Below are positions 1-13,555 of a DNA stretch of 64,000 bases, piece after piece. Made by a program: the position numbers and the translations under genes. Positions within the stretch are counted from its first letter, which is position 1. Each line of letters starts with the position of its first letter. A model generated the notes under the pieces. It made no database searches. It had not been told where the DNA came from and saw nothing but the letters and a program-made list of their open reading frames with translations. The DNA lies in the NCBI GenBank assembly GCA_965235115.1, contig OZ249436.1:12774001-12838000 (forward strand), in the 5' to 3' direction. Source of the stretch: Laetmonice hystrix (lineage: Eukaryota).

Positions 1-754
1 GGCTATATATATATACCCTCTCATCACATCGATCCCCTCTTACCTCTAACAGCCCCCACCCCTCACACCCCCGACCCCCATACTGAGCGGGCCGATCTGA
101 CTCCCCACCTTCATGCCATGTGACCTCAGCCAAGCAAGATCTATGTGTGACCTGTCCTCTCCCGGCACACTCAGCCAGCCAGTTAATCTGTTAATCGTAA
201 TCATTTAAACTATATACTCTGACAGGCTGTCATAAACTCGCCCCAGACATGGGGAGTGAGGGCCATGGACAGGACCCAGGGGAGATGGGCCTGCACTGAG
301 GGCCGGCCCGACCTGGGCAGTCCGTAGTAGACTAGGGGGCGCAGCTGGCCTGGCCTGGCCAGGCGGAGTGACCGGGTTGGGTGGGTCGGTCACCCTGGGG
401 TGCGTTTCTATAAAGCCCAAAAGACTCTTTGAGACCCAAAAAGTCGTTGCGGCGACGTGGTGTTTCTATAACACTCTATTCTTTAATGCTGGTTTCGAAA
501 AGACTCTTTTAAAAGACTCTGTGCAAAGACACCTTTTCTTACAGAAACGTCACATGTCACATGTGCTCCAACCACAGTCAGTGGTGGATCAGGCGTGCAC
601 CCGGCACTCCGGAGGGGGGGGGGTGTACCTGGGCTATAAACTTGGGACAGTGGAATTCACAGGCGTGGTGAATTTGGTGGTTTTTTTGGCAGTGGAACTC
701 GCCACAGGCTTTAAGTAATTTGCGTTTGCGAGCGTGGCTACCGCTAACATACTC

Positions 755-940
755 CCTGCGATACAATGTTACACGATTAAAATATTTTGAACATGTTCAA
801 AAGGCTACGACAAGACAGCCTCGTATGGCAGGATATTGTATCGCAGACTAGCTCACACGGTGTGACAATCAAGGATCATGACTGACGTATCGTAGATAGT
901 TGTACGATATTGCAGCAAAATCACACCGTGTGAGGCCGGC
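755..940. mobile_element. Truncated PIF/Harbinger-like MITE (right arm and palindromic centre)
   Basis: Central palindrome TTTTGAACATGTTCAAAA, repeated CACACGGTG/CACCGTGTGA motifs and end CACCGTGTGAGGCCGGCT. It resembles the arm at 20602. Confidence 0.5.
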
Positions 941-2760
941 TCCAGTCTCAGCGCTCGGTTATAGTCTGGGTACTGCACAGGCAGCCACAATAATGCTGTC
1001 TACTTCAACCGTTCAAGTCCAAGTTAAGGAGGGATGAGAGTCAAAAATAAAAATATTGTCAAACTTCTACAGGGCTCTCAAAGTTGGCAGGAGTAGCAGG
1101 GTACAGAAGAAGAGAAAGTAGCAGGGTACAGTGCTCGGGGGGGGGGGGGGGGGGGTCCTGGGGCCCTCCCCGAGACAAATTTGAACAAATGCCCCTCTGA
1201 GATGTAATTTCCTGGCATCTGAGAGAGGCAATTGGTCATCACTGCCATCGTATAATCGTACGATCCTACGTGCAGGAAAGTGAAAAAAGAAATTGTTAAA
1301 AAGATTTTTTGTCATTCAACAAAAAGTAGGCGGCGGCAAAACTGGTTTTAGACAGCGTTTTGCTGCCATTGACCAGATACTTTTGAGGGTTCTGCTTCTA
1401 GAAAGCTTCCTAAGTCAAGAACTCCAATAATAGAGTCAAAATAAACAAAAATTTTAGGGGGTTGCCGTCCTAATTAGGCTCGTAGGACAACATATAGGTC
1501 ATCATGAATGCCAAAAAAGGCCAGATTTACATATTTTTAATTTCTCTCATCTGGACACCAAAATATATATGATCTACATCTTTCTTCTGTCACAAACCCG
1601 TCCATATACATCAAGCTTCGACACAGTATTGATTTTAAGTAGGTAGCAGCAATTTATATATTTAAAAAAAAAGATTAATGGTCACAAAAAGGTAAAAAAT
1701 TAAAAAAAATCATTATTTTGATATTTTAACAATGTTCTCATATTGTCAAATTTCCCATCTTTTGCCTGTACTTAGCCATGGACATATTTTAAGCAGAATA
1801 TTTTAAAAAAAACACGGTTGCCGTGCTTATTTTTTGTGGGGGAGCCTCATATATGTATCCCTTACCCCAAAATGTTCGTTTGGCTTGGCCCTCAATTTCA
1901 GTACTCGATATTCATTATTTCTTTGCCAGGATGTTCCAAATGAAAGCAGAACTTAGAAGTCAAACTTAAATTTCTCTAACTTCTAATTAGCCTACAACAC
2001 AAGAAATTCCAATGTGGGGCGGGTGTGGCCCTCCAGAAGGTCACCCTATAGATCTCCCTCACTCCCGCCCTCCGAGGCAGAGTGGGACCCGGCGGAGGCT
2101 GCCACCCACCCGGCTGGTCCTGCCCCCGGGCGCCTCCCTGCCCGACACTGACACTCACGAGTCAGCCGCGTGTGCCACGTGTTCACCTCTCGATCGTGGT
2201 GTCGTAATGCACACTTATGACAAGTTTTATTTGTATATACCTATATACTAATATAGTGCATAAAATGGCGTTTAAGAGAGGAGTGTTTAAATAATGTGGT
2301 AATCTTCTCATTTTATTAATATGGACAACCAGTCTTGCACTGTCGTAAACTAGCTGTCCCAACTGACTGACGGTGCGCAAACATTGCGCAGTGACACTCA
2401 CCTTAACGTGTCCCCAGACAGAGTCCTAGTATTAAAAGTGAGTCCTTACGCCCATGGCATAGGCCATACGGTTAGCACTCTTTTGGAGACGCGAAAGTTC
2501 TGTTGTAACTCAAAGGCCCCCAGCTGGCTGTGCCAGCCTGGGCCTCCTCGGCCGTGTCACCGCCAACGCATCCTAAACGTTCACTATTCCTGTTATGAAA
2601 TGGCCCGACATTAACAAACAAGGAATAACAATAACTGTTACCGTTTACCATCTGTAGGCCTACCATACTATCATCATGTTTAGGCATGACTGACCAAATT
2701 CGCCCCTATGTGATGCCCATGCATCCATTTGCAAGACCCTTCCTGATTAGTCACAATTAA

Positions 2761-3090
2761 ACGTCACAATGAGGGACTTGAGACGCATGCACAACTGAGC
2801 ATTACCAGTAATATCTGCATGGCGGCAGCACTCTCGCACGGTCCTCTTGGCTACACATTAGTATGATGTTAGATAGGACGACGAAATGCTAATGTGTGGC
2901 AGGATGTGTTTCGGCCATTTGTTATGAAAAATAATAACTTGTTAGGCTTCACCATGTTGAAGTACTCCTAAATGTACCATAATATTTCGTCGACCTATCT
3001 AACGTCATAATAATGTGGCCAGAGGGGACCAGGTTGATAGTGCTGCCGCCACGCGGAAAAGACGGTAACGCAAGTCTTTCATTGTGATGT
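2761..3090. mobile_element. Palindromic (foldback) MITE-like element
   Basis: Arms 2820-2887 and 2984-3051 are clear degenerate reverse complements. Outer arms 2761-2780 and 3071-3090 also pair. Confidence 0.75.
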
Positions 3091-5324
3091 CACTGATGAC
3101 GTTGCCTTCTCTTTGTTTAGTAAACAATGGGATTATCCATTGTCAAGTCTCCGTTTGATTCCGTGACTCTATCGGTAGAATAGATCACCTTGCCACGTGT
3201 GAAACGTAATTACGTATGCTCGGTCCGGGCCGCTACCTTTCCGTACGCTGGCCGGAACATGTGTTTTCGTTTGTGACGTTGCGGGATCACGATAGTGCAC
3301 GCCAGCCATTTTATAAACATGTATACATATATGTATAGATATTAATTGAATTTATTTATGACTTTGAATGGATGTAATATAAAGAACTGAAAAATATTAA
3401 TTTACTTGTTTTTTATCAGATACAACGAATTTGCCAGTACAATAAAATGAAGAAATGGTTAATCTTGGCTTAAATTTCATATTAACTAATCCATGATGCC
3501 GTTACATTTTCATGACGTTTTCTGGCTAAAAGTTTGCCAAAACAGCTCTAAAAGGTTATTCGCCCAACGGACGAATACCCCTTGGCTTTGTACCCTTCCC
3601 GACATCATTTGCTCTCGCTTAGGCAAGTGGGTGATTGGATCCCGCAACCCCTGTACATAGGGAAATACTGCCTTGAGTTATAGATTTATCAGTTATGTAT
3701 GTTCTTTCGCTTATTGTTCAAACCTGAAATTTTAAAATGGTGTCCCTGAGGTTCAAAGATAAGTATCTCAGGAATTTTTCGGGTCACTTTAATTTGCACC
3801 ATCCATATCAAGTCAGGATGTTTCTCTTTTGAGCCAATGAAAAAAAACAAACCTGATTCTATATTTCCCCTTGAGTGGAGGAAAGCCCCATTATTTCTGT
3901 CAGTGTCACTGTCACAGTGAAATTATACAGGGCTTTCCGTGGTCGTTTTCATCAACCACTTGAAATGTTGGATTTTGACACCAGGTGGCATACCTGAGAG
4001 GACAAAAATAATAATTCAGTTTCAGGCACTAGGTGGCATGGGAGTCGTGGTATAAATGGTATTTATACTGTCCCTGCTCATTTTCTGGAAACACCTCAAA
4101 CTAATATTAATTCTGTTGCTCACGTGTTAAATGTGAAAATGGGGCTAACTTAACTTAAGTAAAAGGTGTTACAGATCAGATCGCGATGCATGAAGCTTGA
4201 TCATATATTAAAAATGTTAGTTGTTATCAATCAGTTGGTGGCAGATTACCAGAATAGGAAAGCATAGATTGAGTCGGGGGGGGGGGGGGACAGTGCCTTC
4301 TTATTTTATGTAAATCTATATGTGCGAGTGTCTTTTTCTACAAATCTTTTTTGGATTGATAAAATTTTATCGGAGCAATTTTTTCTAAATTCTCTCTCAA
4401 TTCACAAAGATCTTGCAGATAGTCCTTGTTTCAATAGATTAAATTTTGTCTATCTCCCATTTATGCAGTTATCCAGTGCTGCATTAACTGATTAAGCCTA
4501 AACCCGCTCCATACCAGGAGCGGTGGCTGGCTTAATTTTCCGACTGACGCCGGCTGCTTAATGATGCAGCATCAGTGGATTCTGATTGGCTGGCGTGTGT
4601 AGAGCAGAGGCGCAGTGGCAGCACACCTGGACAGGAAGCGTGCAGGTAGCTGCAGCTCCTACCTGGCTATGTTGATACCTGTAGGGCTAGTGAGCATGGC
4701 TACCGCATGTGGGCGTGGCTGAGGTCAAGAACGCCGGTGGTTCTCACTCTTCCTTTGAGCTGTGCACCATTGCTCGCTGCTCTGGATAGTGTTTGTAATG
4801 ATGTCATAGAACTTCTGTGGGGCTCTTGTCGGGGAGGGCTCATTGAGCTGAGCGAGCGCTGTCAATGCTTTAGTTACTCATCGTCATGTTGTGAAGAGGC
4901 TGACAGAATAATGTGAAGGTGTGCACAGTAAGATGCATTTTGTTGTTGGTGTCATCTTTTGGGTGAATTTTTTTTATGCCAGAACATGTTGTGAGGTTTT
5001 GGTGCAGTTATAACAATATGAAGTGCCACTTCATATTACAGGATGATGGAAGAATGAGAAAGCTGCACAGCCTCACAGTAAAGTGACGCTCATGTCTCAA
5101 CGTTTTAAACTTGAGCAGACAGTAGGTATATCGGGTAACTAAACCACCACAGAACAGAACAGGATGTCTGGATAGGTGCTGTACTATTGCTAATAATAGT
5201 TCTTGTTTTTATCAGTAATTAGTCGCCATCAGGTTTCGTATGAATATTGCTGTACATCCTTTGTACATCCTACTAGTAGTAATAGATGAGAGGGGGAAAG
5301 CAGTGCCTTATAACCTGCCTTCAG

Positions 5325-5524
5325 GGTTTTCTTCAAGAATATAAGTTTGCCAACATTTTCCTCACTTAGGGTAAAACGCTGGGCAGTAACAATGTCCACA
5401 GCAGTTGAGCACACTCTTTCAGAAGGAACACTAGTTGCAGATATTCCCAAATATCTCATGGCGTATCATATTGGACACAAAATATCGCGATGCACCGATA
5501 TATCGATGAATCATTTCAGCCCTA
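5325..5524 (-). mobile_element. hAT transposase remnant (C-terminal dimerization domain) next to a TAGGG-type TIR
   Basis: Minus-strand RYLGISATSVPSERVCSTAVDIVTAQRFTLSEENVGKLIFLKK matches the hAT dimerization motif (ATSVPSERxFS...LIFL). The terminus CGATGAATCATTTCAGCCCTA ends at 5524. Confidence 0.85.
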
Positions 5525-7723
5525 CCTACTAGTGATGACAGGGCTCGAAAAATCACATGCCCGCGTGCCCATGACCATAGGCACCTAAATTTTTATCAGG
5601 GCACCTAAAAAAGGATTTTGTCACAAAAGAAAGTGCCCATTCGGGCACGTTCAAATGACCCAGGCCAGTGCACGACATCATTACAATCATGCATATACTG
5701 ATGTTGACAGTATGACAATATGAAGTTATAAACGGGTGACTTGGCCCTATGTCTAATATACAGTGTTCTTTACCCTTATTAGCACCAAGCCTTCGGAAAA
5801 ATTTTCTACCCCTGGATGAATATATATATATACATTTGGACCTTTGCCATTCAGTATATAGTTTGAACCAATCAAAGGCATATACTTGAGACTTGAGGGA
5901 GTAAAAGTGATAATCATAAATATGCTAGAGACTAGATTAAGGCAAAACAAGGCCCTGTCAGGAGGCAATATTGATATTGAGCAAATATTGGGTTAATGCC
6001 CTCATTAAAGCAACACCATTTTAAAACCCAAAATGAAACGCATACTCATGATACTGTTTATCTATATAACATAGGTTACAAAATAGCTCTAGACTTGCAG
6101 TAATTGGAATAAATTTAAAGTAAGTCTAATTGAGTAATTCTTAAACTAAGGGGCATGTTAGAACCAAAACTACAAAAGTGGCTTTTCCAAAGAGTATTGC
6201 TTGGTTCTAGATAGTTTAGACACATTAAAAACATTGGCACTACTGAAGCGTCTAGACATATAAGCAGCGATTTCCACGAGTTCAGTGGAGGAAACGAGAA
6301 GGTAGTGCGTCGCCCAAATCCAGTGCGGATGTAGCTGTCAGTCGCATACATGTATTTCGTGAGACATTTCAGTCATCTTGCAGAGGGTGTCAGCAGAGAG
6401 CCCAGTACTCCTAAAGTTCTAGTGCTGGCCAAAGAGGGGCTTTACTGGTGGAATAAATGGTGATCATAGAACTTTGTGTGTTGGTAAAGGACAACAAAAA
6501 CAAGAATAAAGTGTTTTGAATGAGTTATATTCACAAAGTTCAGGCAGGAAAGGATAATGCAGTTGCAGGTAAAACTCCTCGCCTGTATGAAGAACTTAAA
6601 GAAGTTTAGTTTCTTTGGAAATGACACTTTCATCTCATCAAGACCTGGTGTGCCATACTTCTGTCTGATCCTAACTGCACAGAAATATAAATTCTCACAA
6701 CAGTTCCACCCTTTCCATTGTACAGAGCATCAAATTGTAGCATGGCCCCTGTCATTTTTTGTATGTTGGTAATTGGGATTGACCCATGGTGACAGGTGTG
6801 AGTGTTCTGACAGAGTCAGAGGCTAATACATTGTTGTACCATATTTACAACCACAGTTCATAATGGTTTGGTGTCATACTAGCCTAACAGAAATATTCCT
6901 TGTCTTTCCAGCACCTCCAGCACTGTCATTCTTCATTTTTTACCGTCAGCCAATTTCAGGTATGTACCCGGTAGATAAATTTCTAAGATAGCGATTTCTA
7001 AAGATAACATAAAAATACTCTTTTAGTTCATTCTTGTCTTTTGTAAGTTTTGTATGTAAAATTTCAAAACTATTTCTATGAAATGTTAAGATTATTTAAC
7101 TACTAGTACTTACTACATGTTTCCTGCACGTACATACAAATACCTCACACTCCTTACACTTTATGGTGACCTCTACGTCCATTCTCAATATAAAGTGATT
7201 CAGTAACTATATTTCCGAACCTGTACATATTTTAATAGGCCCCAAAGTGTTTGGATAAACAAGGTCGAGCTAATTTTGTATCCCCCCCCCGTTTGGTGGT
7301 CTAAGTTTACCCCACTGTCCCCAGCATTGATGTACAAATATCAACCCTCATTGTGCTGCTGCTGCTGTGCTGCAGCATGAAGGAATGGATTAAGACCCAC
7401 AGCATCGTCTCCCCAGGCCCCCAAAGGGCGGTGGCTGTGTACAGGTCTTGCTTTCGGGAGTTCACCCAAACACCATCACTTTGATTAGGCTCAGATGGCA
7501 GGTATTTGACAGAGATCAAAGCTCACAACGAGGCTTTTACCTGGTCTGCAACAGTGTTGGTACTCTACAGTACAGGTAGCTTCTCTCCATAACTTACCTG
7601 AACAGTGAACTGTCAAGAGGGTACCTTTTTTAAAAGGGACGGACTGAAGATAATGTACACGCAGAGAAGTATGTGCCATGAACTTTTAGGCAGCCTGCAT
7701 AGGGAAATTCTGCAATACCCACA

Positions 7724-8002
7724 CAGCATTCTCGCCAGCCTTATTCTGCTTAGCGGGACGCTACATTGTGTATTTAGGCCGTGACACTGTCTTTTAGCCC
7801 ACTACACTGTCTCTTGAACAGCATAGCTAAAAACTGCCCAATTTAGCAAACCTTTCTCATCTGGCTATCTAGACTGCAAGATAGCCTGAATTACCACTAC
7901 CAGAGCTTGGTGGAGGGGGGCTTTGCCCCTCCTATACCCCTAACCAGGGCTCTGCCCTTGGTTTGACCACTACACTGTCGAAAATTTCTGGTGAGAACCC
8001 TG
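7724..8002. mobile_element. Non-autonomous CAGG-terminus DNA transposon (hAT-like MITE)
   Basis: Imperfect TIR CAGCATTCTCGCCAG / CTGGTGAGAACCCTG, flanked by CCACA on both sides. Confidence 0.55.
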
Positions 8003-11000
8003 CCACACCCTTATAAATATACTTAATCGTGATGATCATTTAAGTATTACAAAGGATAAAAATGAAAATATTCAGGAAATAAAGGAAACAGGAAAGGTAA
8101 CTCATTTAGGTTTTGCAGGGATTATACCCTGTTAAAAATAAAAGGTTTTGCCAACTCAGGCAATGCAAACTGCCTTTTCCGGTATGGCCTGCATGGCAAC
8201 TCTTTTTAGAAGGTTTGATATATACAGTATATACGTATAGAGTGGTAACCAGAAGTCCTGTGACATACCGGTGTAGGCAATATGCATGGGGCTTGTAGCC
8301 CTGCTCTGCTGAGATCAGAGCACGCATTCGTGCTGTGCCTGTGATCAATAATCTCTGTACATAGAGATGCTAGCTGTACTACCTTTCTTTGATTCTGTTT
8401 TACCTGTCGGCCTGCCTATGACCTCTTGCATCATGCCACCCTTCCCGAGTCCAACCAGTGTCTCCGTTCCTGACTCGAACTCAGTACAACATGTAACCCT
8501 ACTCGGTAAAGACCCTAGAAATGTTCAGACCCTGTGTAATCTGTGGCGTGTTTTTGGACCTAAATCCTAGTGAAGTTTGAATCCCTGACGCACGCCTCCA
8601 TTATAGTAGTAGTAAAAAGTGGGGATATGATGAGCGACAGACACGTCTGAAATGACCTGTGGTACCAGCTTGTCAGATCCGAAGAGGGGCACGCAAATTT
8701 TTCTTTTCAGAGTGTTCATTGTGCACAGAGGCGAATACTGTCAAATGTAGCTTGACTTGACCGTTTCTGGTATTCAAAGTCCTACTTTTTGGTTTTGAGA
8801 CATGTTGGCAGAAAACCTTGAAGCTGTATATGAACACGTAGATAAGAACATTTATTATTTACAGAGCTCTATACTGTTGGTTGCTCGGCTTATCTTGTCA
8901 GCTTTGTGCTTTCCTCGAGGCAGTCAAGTTTACAGAAACAGTATAAGATTTCTCTTGCATGGCATATAGACCAGTGATAGGAAGTCATGGCTATAGGTCT
9001 AGGAATTCATTTTAATCATTAGGCTTCCTAGATTTTGCACAGTTCCTAGATGTTCCGAATATAATCAGGGTATTGGTGTTACTGTCTGAAACCCGAATTT
9101 TTCTGAAATTGAATCTTTTTAGAGAAGTAGATGACTTTAGTTTGGCGAGTGACACAAAAAGGTTTACAACTTGATTAATTAGGCTCAAACCACAAACTGG
9201 TATTTTGTTATATGAGCTCACAAAATCATTCTGCCAGCGTCATTGTATGTGAAGAGTGCCTTGTCTTTTCTCGAAACAAAACTTTGTAAGCCTGGTAATT
9301 TTGCTCCTTGACAATATAAGGAGATGTAGACCCATGAGTAGGAATAAATAATGGAACACGGGTTGACTGGTTCACTAATCTTTGACAGCATACAACTACT
9401 AGTACCGCAATAGTGAATGATTTTGCACACAGTCGAAATGACAGGTTTTGTGCACACAGTAACAGGACAGGTGACATGTGCTGTTCTTACGCAGTCTTCG
9501 GACAGGTGGAACGCAGTGCATGAACTCCGCATTATGCTGCAGAAAATACCTGTACGCTGTAGCCTCCATAATTAAGCCCTATCTACCCTACCCGGTACAA
9601 CTTTGGATTGAAAGTGACAGTAAATCTTTATTGACACACTCTACATGATAGTACATCAAAGCTCTTTGATCCGTCCCTTGACTGCATTCTGTAAGAAGCG
9701 TGGATATCGTTATCTAGTATCAAGGTTTCTTGTAACAGAGCCAGATGCTTTGCAGTGGAAATTTCTTGAATAGTGCTGGCTGTATTCCTTCTCAAGCAGT
9801 TCAAATGCGTTATAATTGATATGTTGAGAAATTTTAATTCATGGAAAATTGAAACATTATTTAATATTTATTTACTAAGCGCAGGATAGCATTGATATGA
9901 TGGTGGGAATATGATATAGTGGGAATTCGGTGGAGCTATTTCATTCAAAATACCAGATCAATATAGAAAACTGAAGTACTTGGGATGTTCTAAGATCAGG
10001 CTGGTTGGTTTTGGAAGTTTGCCAGGCATAAATCTGAGTATGACTGTCACCTTAAGTTGGCGGAGGAGGCAGGCAGATCAGAGAGATAACAAGTTTACCT
10101 GTGTAGTATTCACCAGGTATGTACCTGCTGCCACCTCCCAGATGATTAGGTTTTACATACTGGCAAGTGTCTCCCAACCTGTCACACCCTTGTCTTTACT
10201 CCAGGTGCTGTCATACTCAGGTAGTATTGAGCCGCACATTCGTTAACTCTTTGACTTTGTGTCTCTAACAACCGCGTTAATGTGCCTGTTTCTGTATATT
10301 ATTTAATGGGTGAACTATATGGTCAAGTGTGTTGCTTGTTTATTTCGTACATGTACCGGTACTGGTAACAATAATAACAATAAATTTATGGATTATTAGA
10401 GAAGGTCATAGTTTAATAGTGTGAGTGGTGCTTTAAGCTCTGTGAGGTACTGGTCGATATCGACATTGTGTATCTTAGTTCAGTTCATGTATGCAGTCGT
10501 CATTCGTAAGATATACAGGTGTACTTGCATATTTTGGAAGTGATGAAAGAACTTGAGTTCAAATTCATATTTACCGCCGGTAAAAATTCCAAGGAAGGTA
10601 AGGGTGTGGCTCTTAGGTAGAATGTCTTTTCCTGGGGCTCCAAAGAGCTTCAGATGGAGCATTATTGATTGTGTTAAGTTCTGCCTACCTGTAGAAATCC
10701 GTAATGAGATAGCATTAGCAGTGGCACAAATTGGCACACTGTTGTTCTCTGGCCTTTGATGAACTGTTATGTTGCTAATATTGGAAATTGTCTATTCTAC
10801 TGAGAGAGAGAGAGAAAGAGTGAGAGAAAGAGTGAAAAAGGGAAAGAGAAAGCAAGCACTGTGCACAACAAGTTCCCTGTTGCCTGCCATGAAATCTTGC
10901 TTGTCAAAGTACATATTTCTGCTGTTCAGCCTTAAGTCTTTTATTTTTTTTTATCAATGTTCTGTGATTAATTCATTTGATTCTGTGGCTAAAATGGTTT

Positions 11001-12369
11001 GGAGGATTGAAAGTAGTGTCATGTCAAGAGGAGTATGCATATTTGGATCCGTTGATGAAATTCTTCATGGATAGGTCTATATCTCGGACACTAAGATGTG
11101 CACACATCTGTCAAAGCCATGACCGATTACTCATATCAAATAGAGGTATGGTAACTATCTAAACAGGAAGGCCCTGCAGGTTTCAGGTTCACTACCTGCA
11201 CACAGACAGGTAATTAGTGAAGCAGGTAATGAGAATCAGTCGACAGATCCGTTCATCTGTTTTGACTGATTGCGAAAGGTGCATGAATTTACCAGGAGTT
11301 GTACACACACTGGCACGGCTTAGTGTACGGATGTATATACTCCATACAAGCCACATGAATGAACTACGTGATTACGCTCAGAATTCGCCGGGAGAGGCTT
11401 GTCGTAGTATTACGGTACTTCATCGGGGTATTGTATGTTGCAGAGATGAAGACATTCTTGGCTGATTGCATCTGCGGGTGTGGTTTATACACACGGATTC
11501 AGAGTCGCCAAACACATGAACAAGAGGTACACACAGTAGCTTTGGCCACAGGTCATTTGGTGGCCCAGTGCCGGTGTTGCGCCCACTTCGCGGCACTTCC
11601 TTTTTGTTCAGCTGAGCCATTTTTATAACATCCTAAAATGTACAACTGTATATGTGCCATATCCAAATCAGGTGTGTCGGCAATGATGATAAACGGGAAA
11701 CAAGATCATGAAGATGTCATTATCTGCTATATAGTTAAAACCTGGAAGTATACATATACAACATGTATATTCCTGCCAAAGTCCTTCGTTACTTAGCCAA
11801 ACATTATGACAGAATTACTGATGGGATGGATGTGAAGGACAATCCCTATTTATTGTAAATTAAAGGGATTCATATCGGACACATTCTGATGAATAATTCA
11901 TGTCGATTTGTTTTGATTGACAAGCTTCTCCTTGTTCGAATAGGCTGAAGAGTTATGATAAGCTGTTAATCTCAGGTCTGGCCGTTCTGATATAAGTGTG
12001 CATTCCACCTGATGATGCTGACATGGGCAAGATATTCTACTGCTGGTCAACCTGTTAAAAGGTCCATGTATGAATTTAAATGTGGAGATTGTATAGTGAA
12101 AAATTCAATGTTATTAAAACTGCCCTTTGCGGTGGGAAGGAATGTATTGCTACGCGCATACAGTCAGGATTATCTTTCACCTGTACAGGTAGGTCTGAGG
12201 CTGGTTTTGACAAGGCAAGGTGGGAGTGATGTGGAGGGACCTGGAGACCCTGATGTCGTGTTGATTTTGTCAGCTGGCCAATTCACTTGCAACCCTTTGT
12301 CCTGATTACTGTACACTAAAGTAGGAATCCAGTGGGGCAGTTCAAGGAGTCGCATTGAAGAGACCTGTC

Positions 12370-12510
12370 AGGCAAGATGGCTGCCATCACGTGGTGCAGG
12401 CTTAATATGCAATCTGAAGGCGCCAGTCTGTGTACTTGCCACGTGCTCATTGGTTCTCTCCTCTTGTCTGCCCAGGTATAAATCGTTTGGCGTGGCAGCC
12501 AGGCACTAGT
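12370..12510 (+). promoter_or_regulatory. Putative core promoter of hnRNP K distal first exon
   Basis: YY1-like CAAGATGGCTGCC at about 12373, E-box CACGTG 12440-12445, reverse CCAAT (ATTGG) 12449-12453 and TATAAAT 12477-12483, followed by an ATG-free leader to 12740. Confidence 0.5.
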
Positions 12511-12740
12511 GGCCGTACATAGTGTGTGTCTGAGCATCACTGCCATCAAGCACAGAATCAGCATTAGCAGCCGACTCCGCGGAAGCAGCAGCATCAGCAG
12601 CAGCAAGCTTGGTGCAAGCATACCTGTTGGCGACACACCTTCCCCCACCTGTCATCACAACCTCCCGTTCAGCGACAGCCACCCTCCCTCCATTCGTGAC
12701 AACTCTCCGGACACTCAACTGCATCTTTCATCTGACCAGA

Positions 12741-12765
12741 ATGGCCGACGAGTCTCAAACCCAAG
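12741..12765 (+). CDS. HNRNPK: Putative distal first coding exon of hnRNP K (MADESQTQ-G, phase 1)
   Basis: First ATG after a TATA box, in good context (agaATGG), ending AAG|GTAGGA. The phase-1 G plus the GT that opens the exon at 37679 makes Gly in frame with MKRELEDD. Confidence 0.62.
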
Positions 12766-13373
12766 GTAGGACCTCCTTCCTTCTCAGACATTCACAGGCC
12801 GACCTCTCAGCAGCACCACGCCCTTTATTCAGTCAGCTACCTGCCCAGCAGAACAAACGGCAGGCACAGAAGCACTCATGCACACACTCGACATACACCC
12901 TCACCCCAGCAGACACCCGCCCACACCCCATCCACACCCGCACACACACACACACACACAAATCTGCATAAGTAATACTGAACAGTCGTAGGGGAGTGGA
13001 TATCGTACAGGGTGTTGTAATTCGCCTAGCCCCAAGACCGCCACCCACACACCTATCCCAGTAGAAATAAGACTACTAGTACATGGTTATAGAATCCAGA
13101 ATTTTGTTACACTAAAAGCCAGTGCTTCTTTTAGCAGTTGCAAAAAATATCTGTAGCATTCGTCATTAGCATATAAGGAAGTAGTACCTTTGTTGTGTTC
13201 AAGAGTGTTTTACCGTGAGTTGTTACCTTGAAAATCTACAAACTGTCGCCTTAACAGCAAGAACTGTGTAAGTACATGTATATATGTGAGGTTCTTTATA
13301 CAGGTGTGTTAGTCTAGAACAGGTAACCTTCTCACATATAATTTAATAAAATGGATATTAGGTGGAGCATGTA

Positions 13374-13555
13374 CAGTCAGACCTCGTTCATTCGTATTTA
13401 TTTAATCCGTATACATGTACATCATAATCGCAACACACTTTCTGATAACCTTCTACCATTCTTTATTTTTAAAATTGGTTCAGTAATCTGTATGTTTCAC
13501 AATCTGAACACATTTGATTGGCCATCAAGATGTTTGGATAAACGAGGTCTGACTA
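13374..13555. mobile_element. Tc1/mariner-pogo type MITE
   Basis: TA|CAGTCAGACCTCGTT ... AACGAGGTCTGACTA inverted termini. A related fragment lies at about 7165-7270. Confidence 0.75.

Noticed and set aside
9012..9532. Overlapping minus-strand ORFs that might be a decayed retroelement
   Set aside because: I could not recognise any RT, endonuclease or transposase motif; a TBLASTX/HMM search would be needed.
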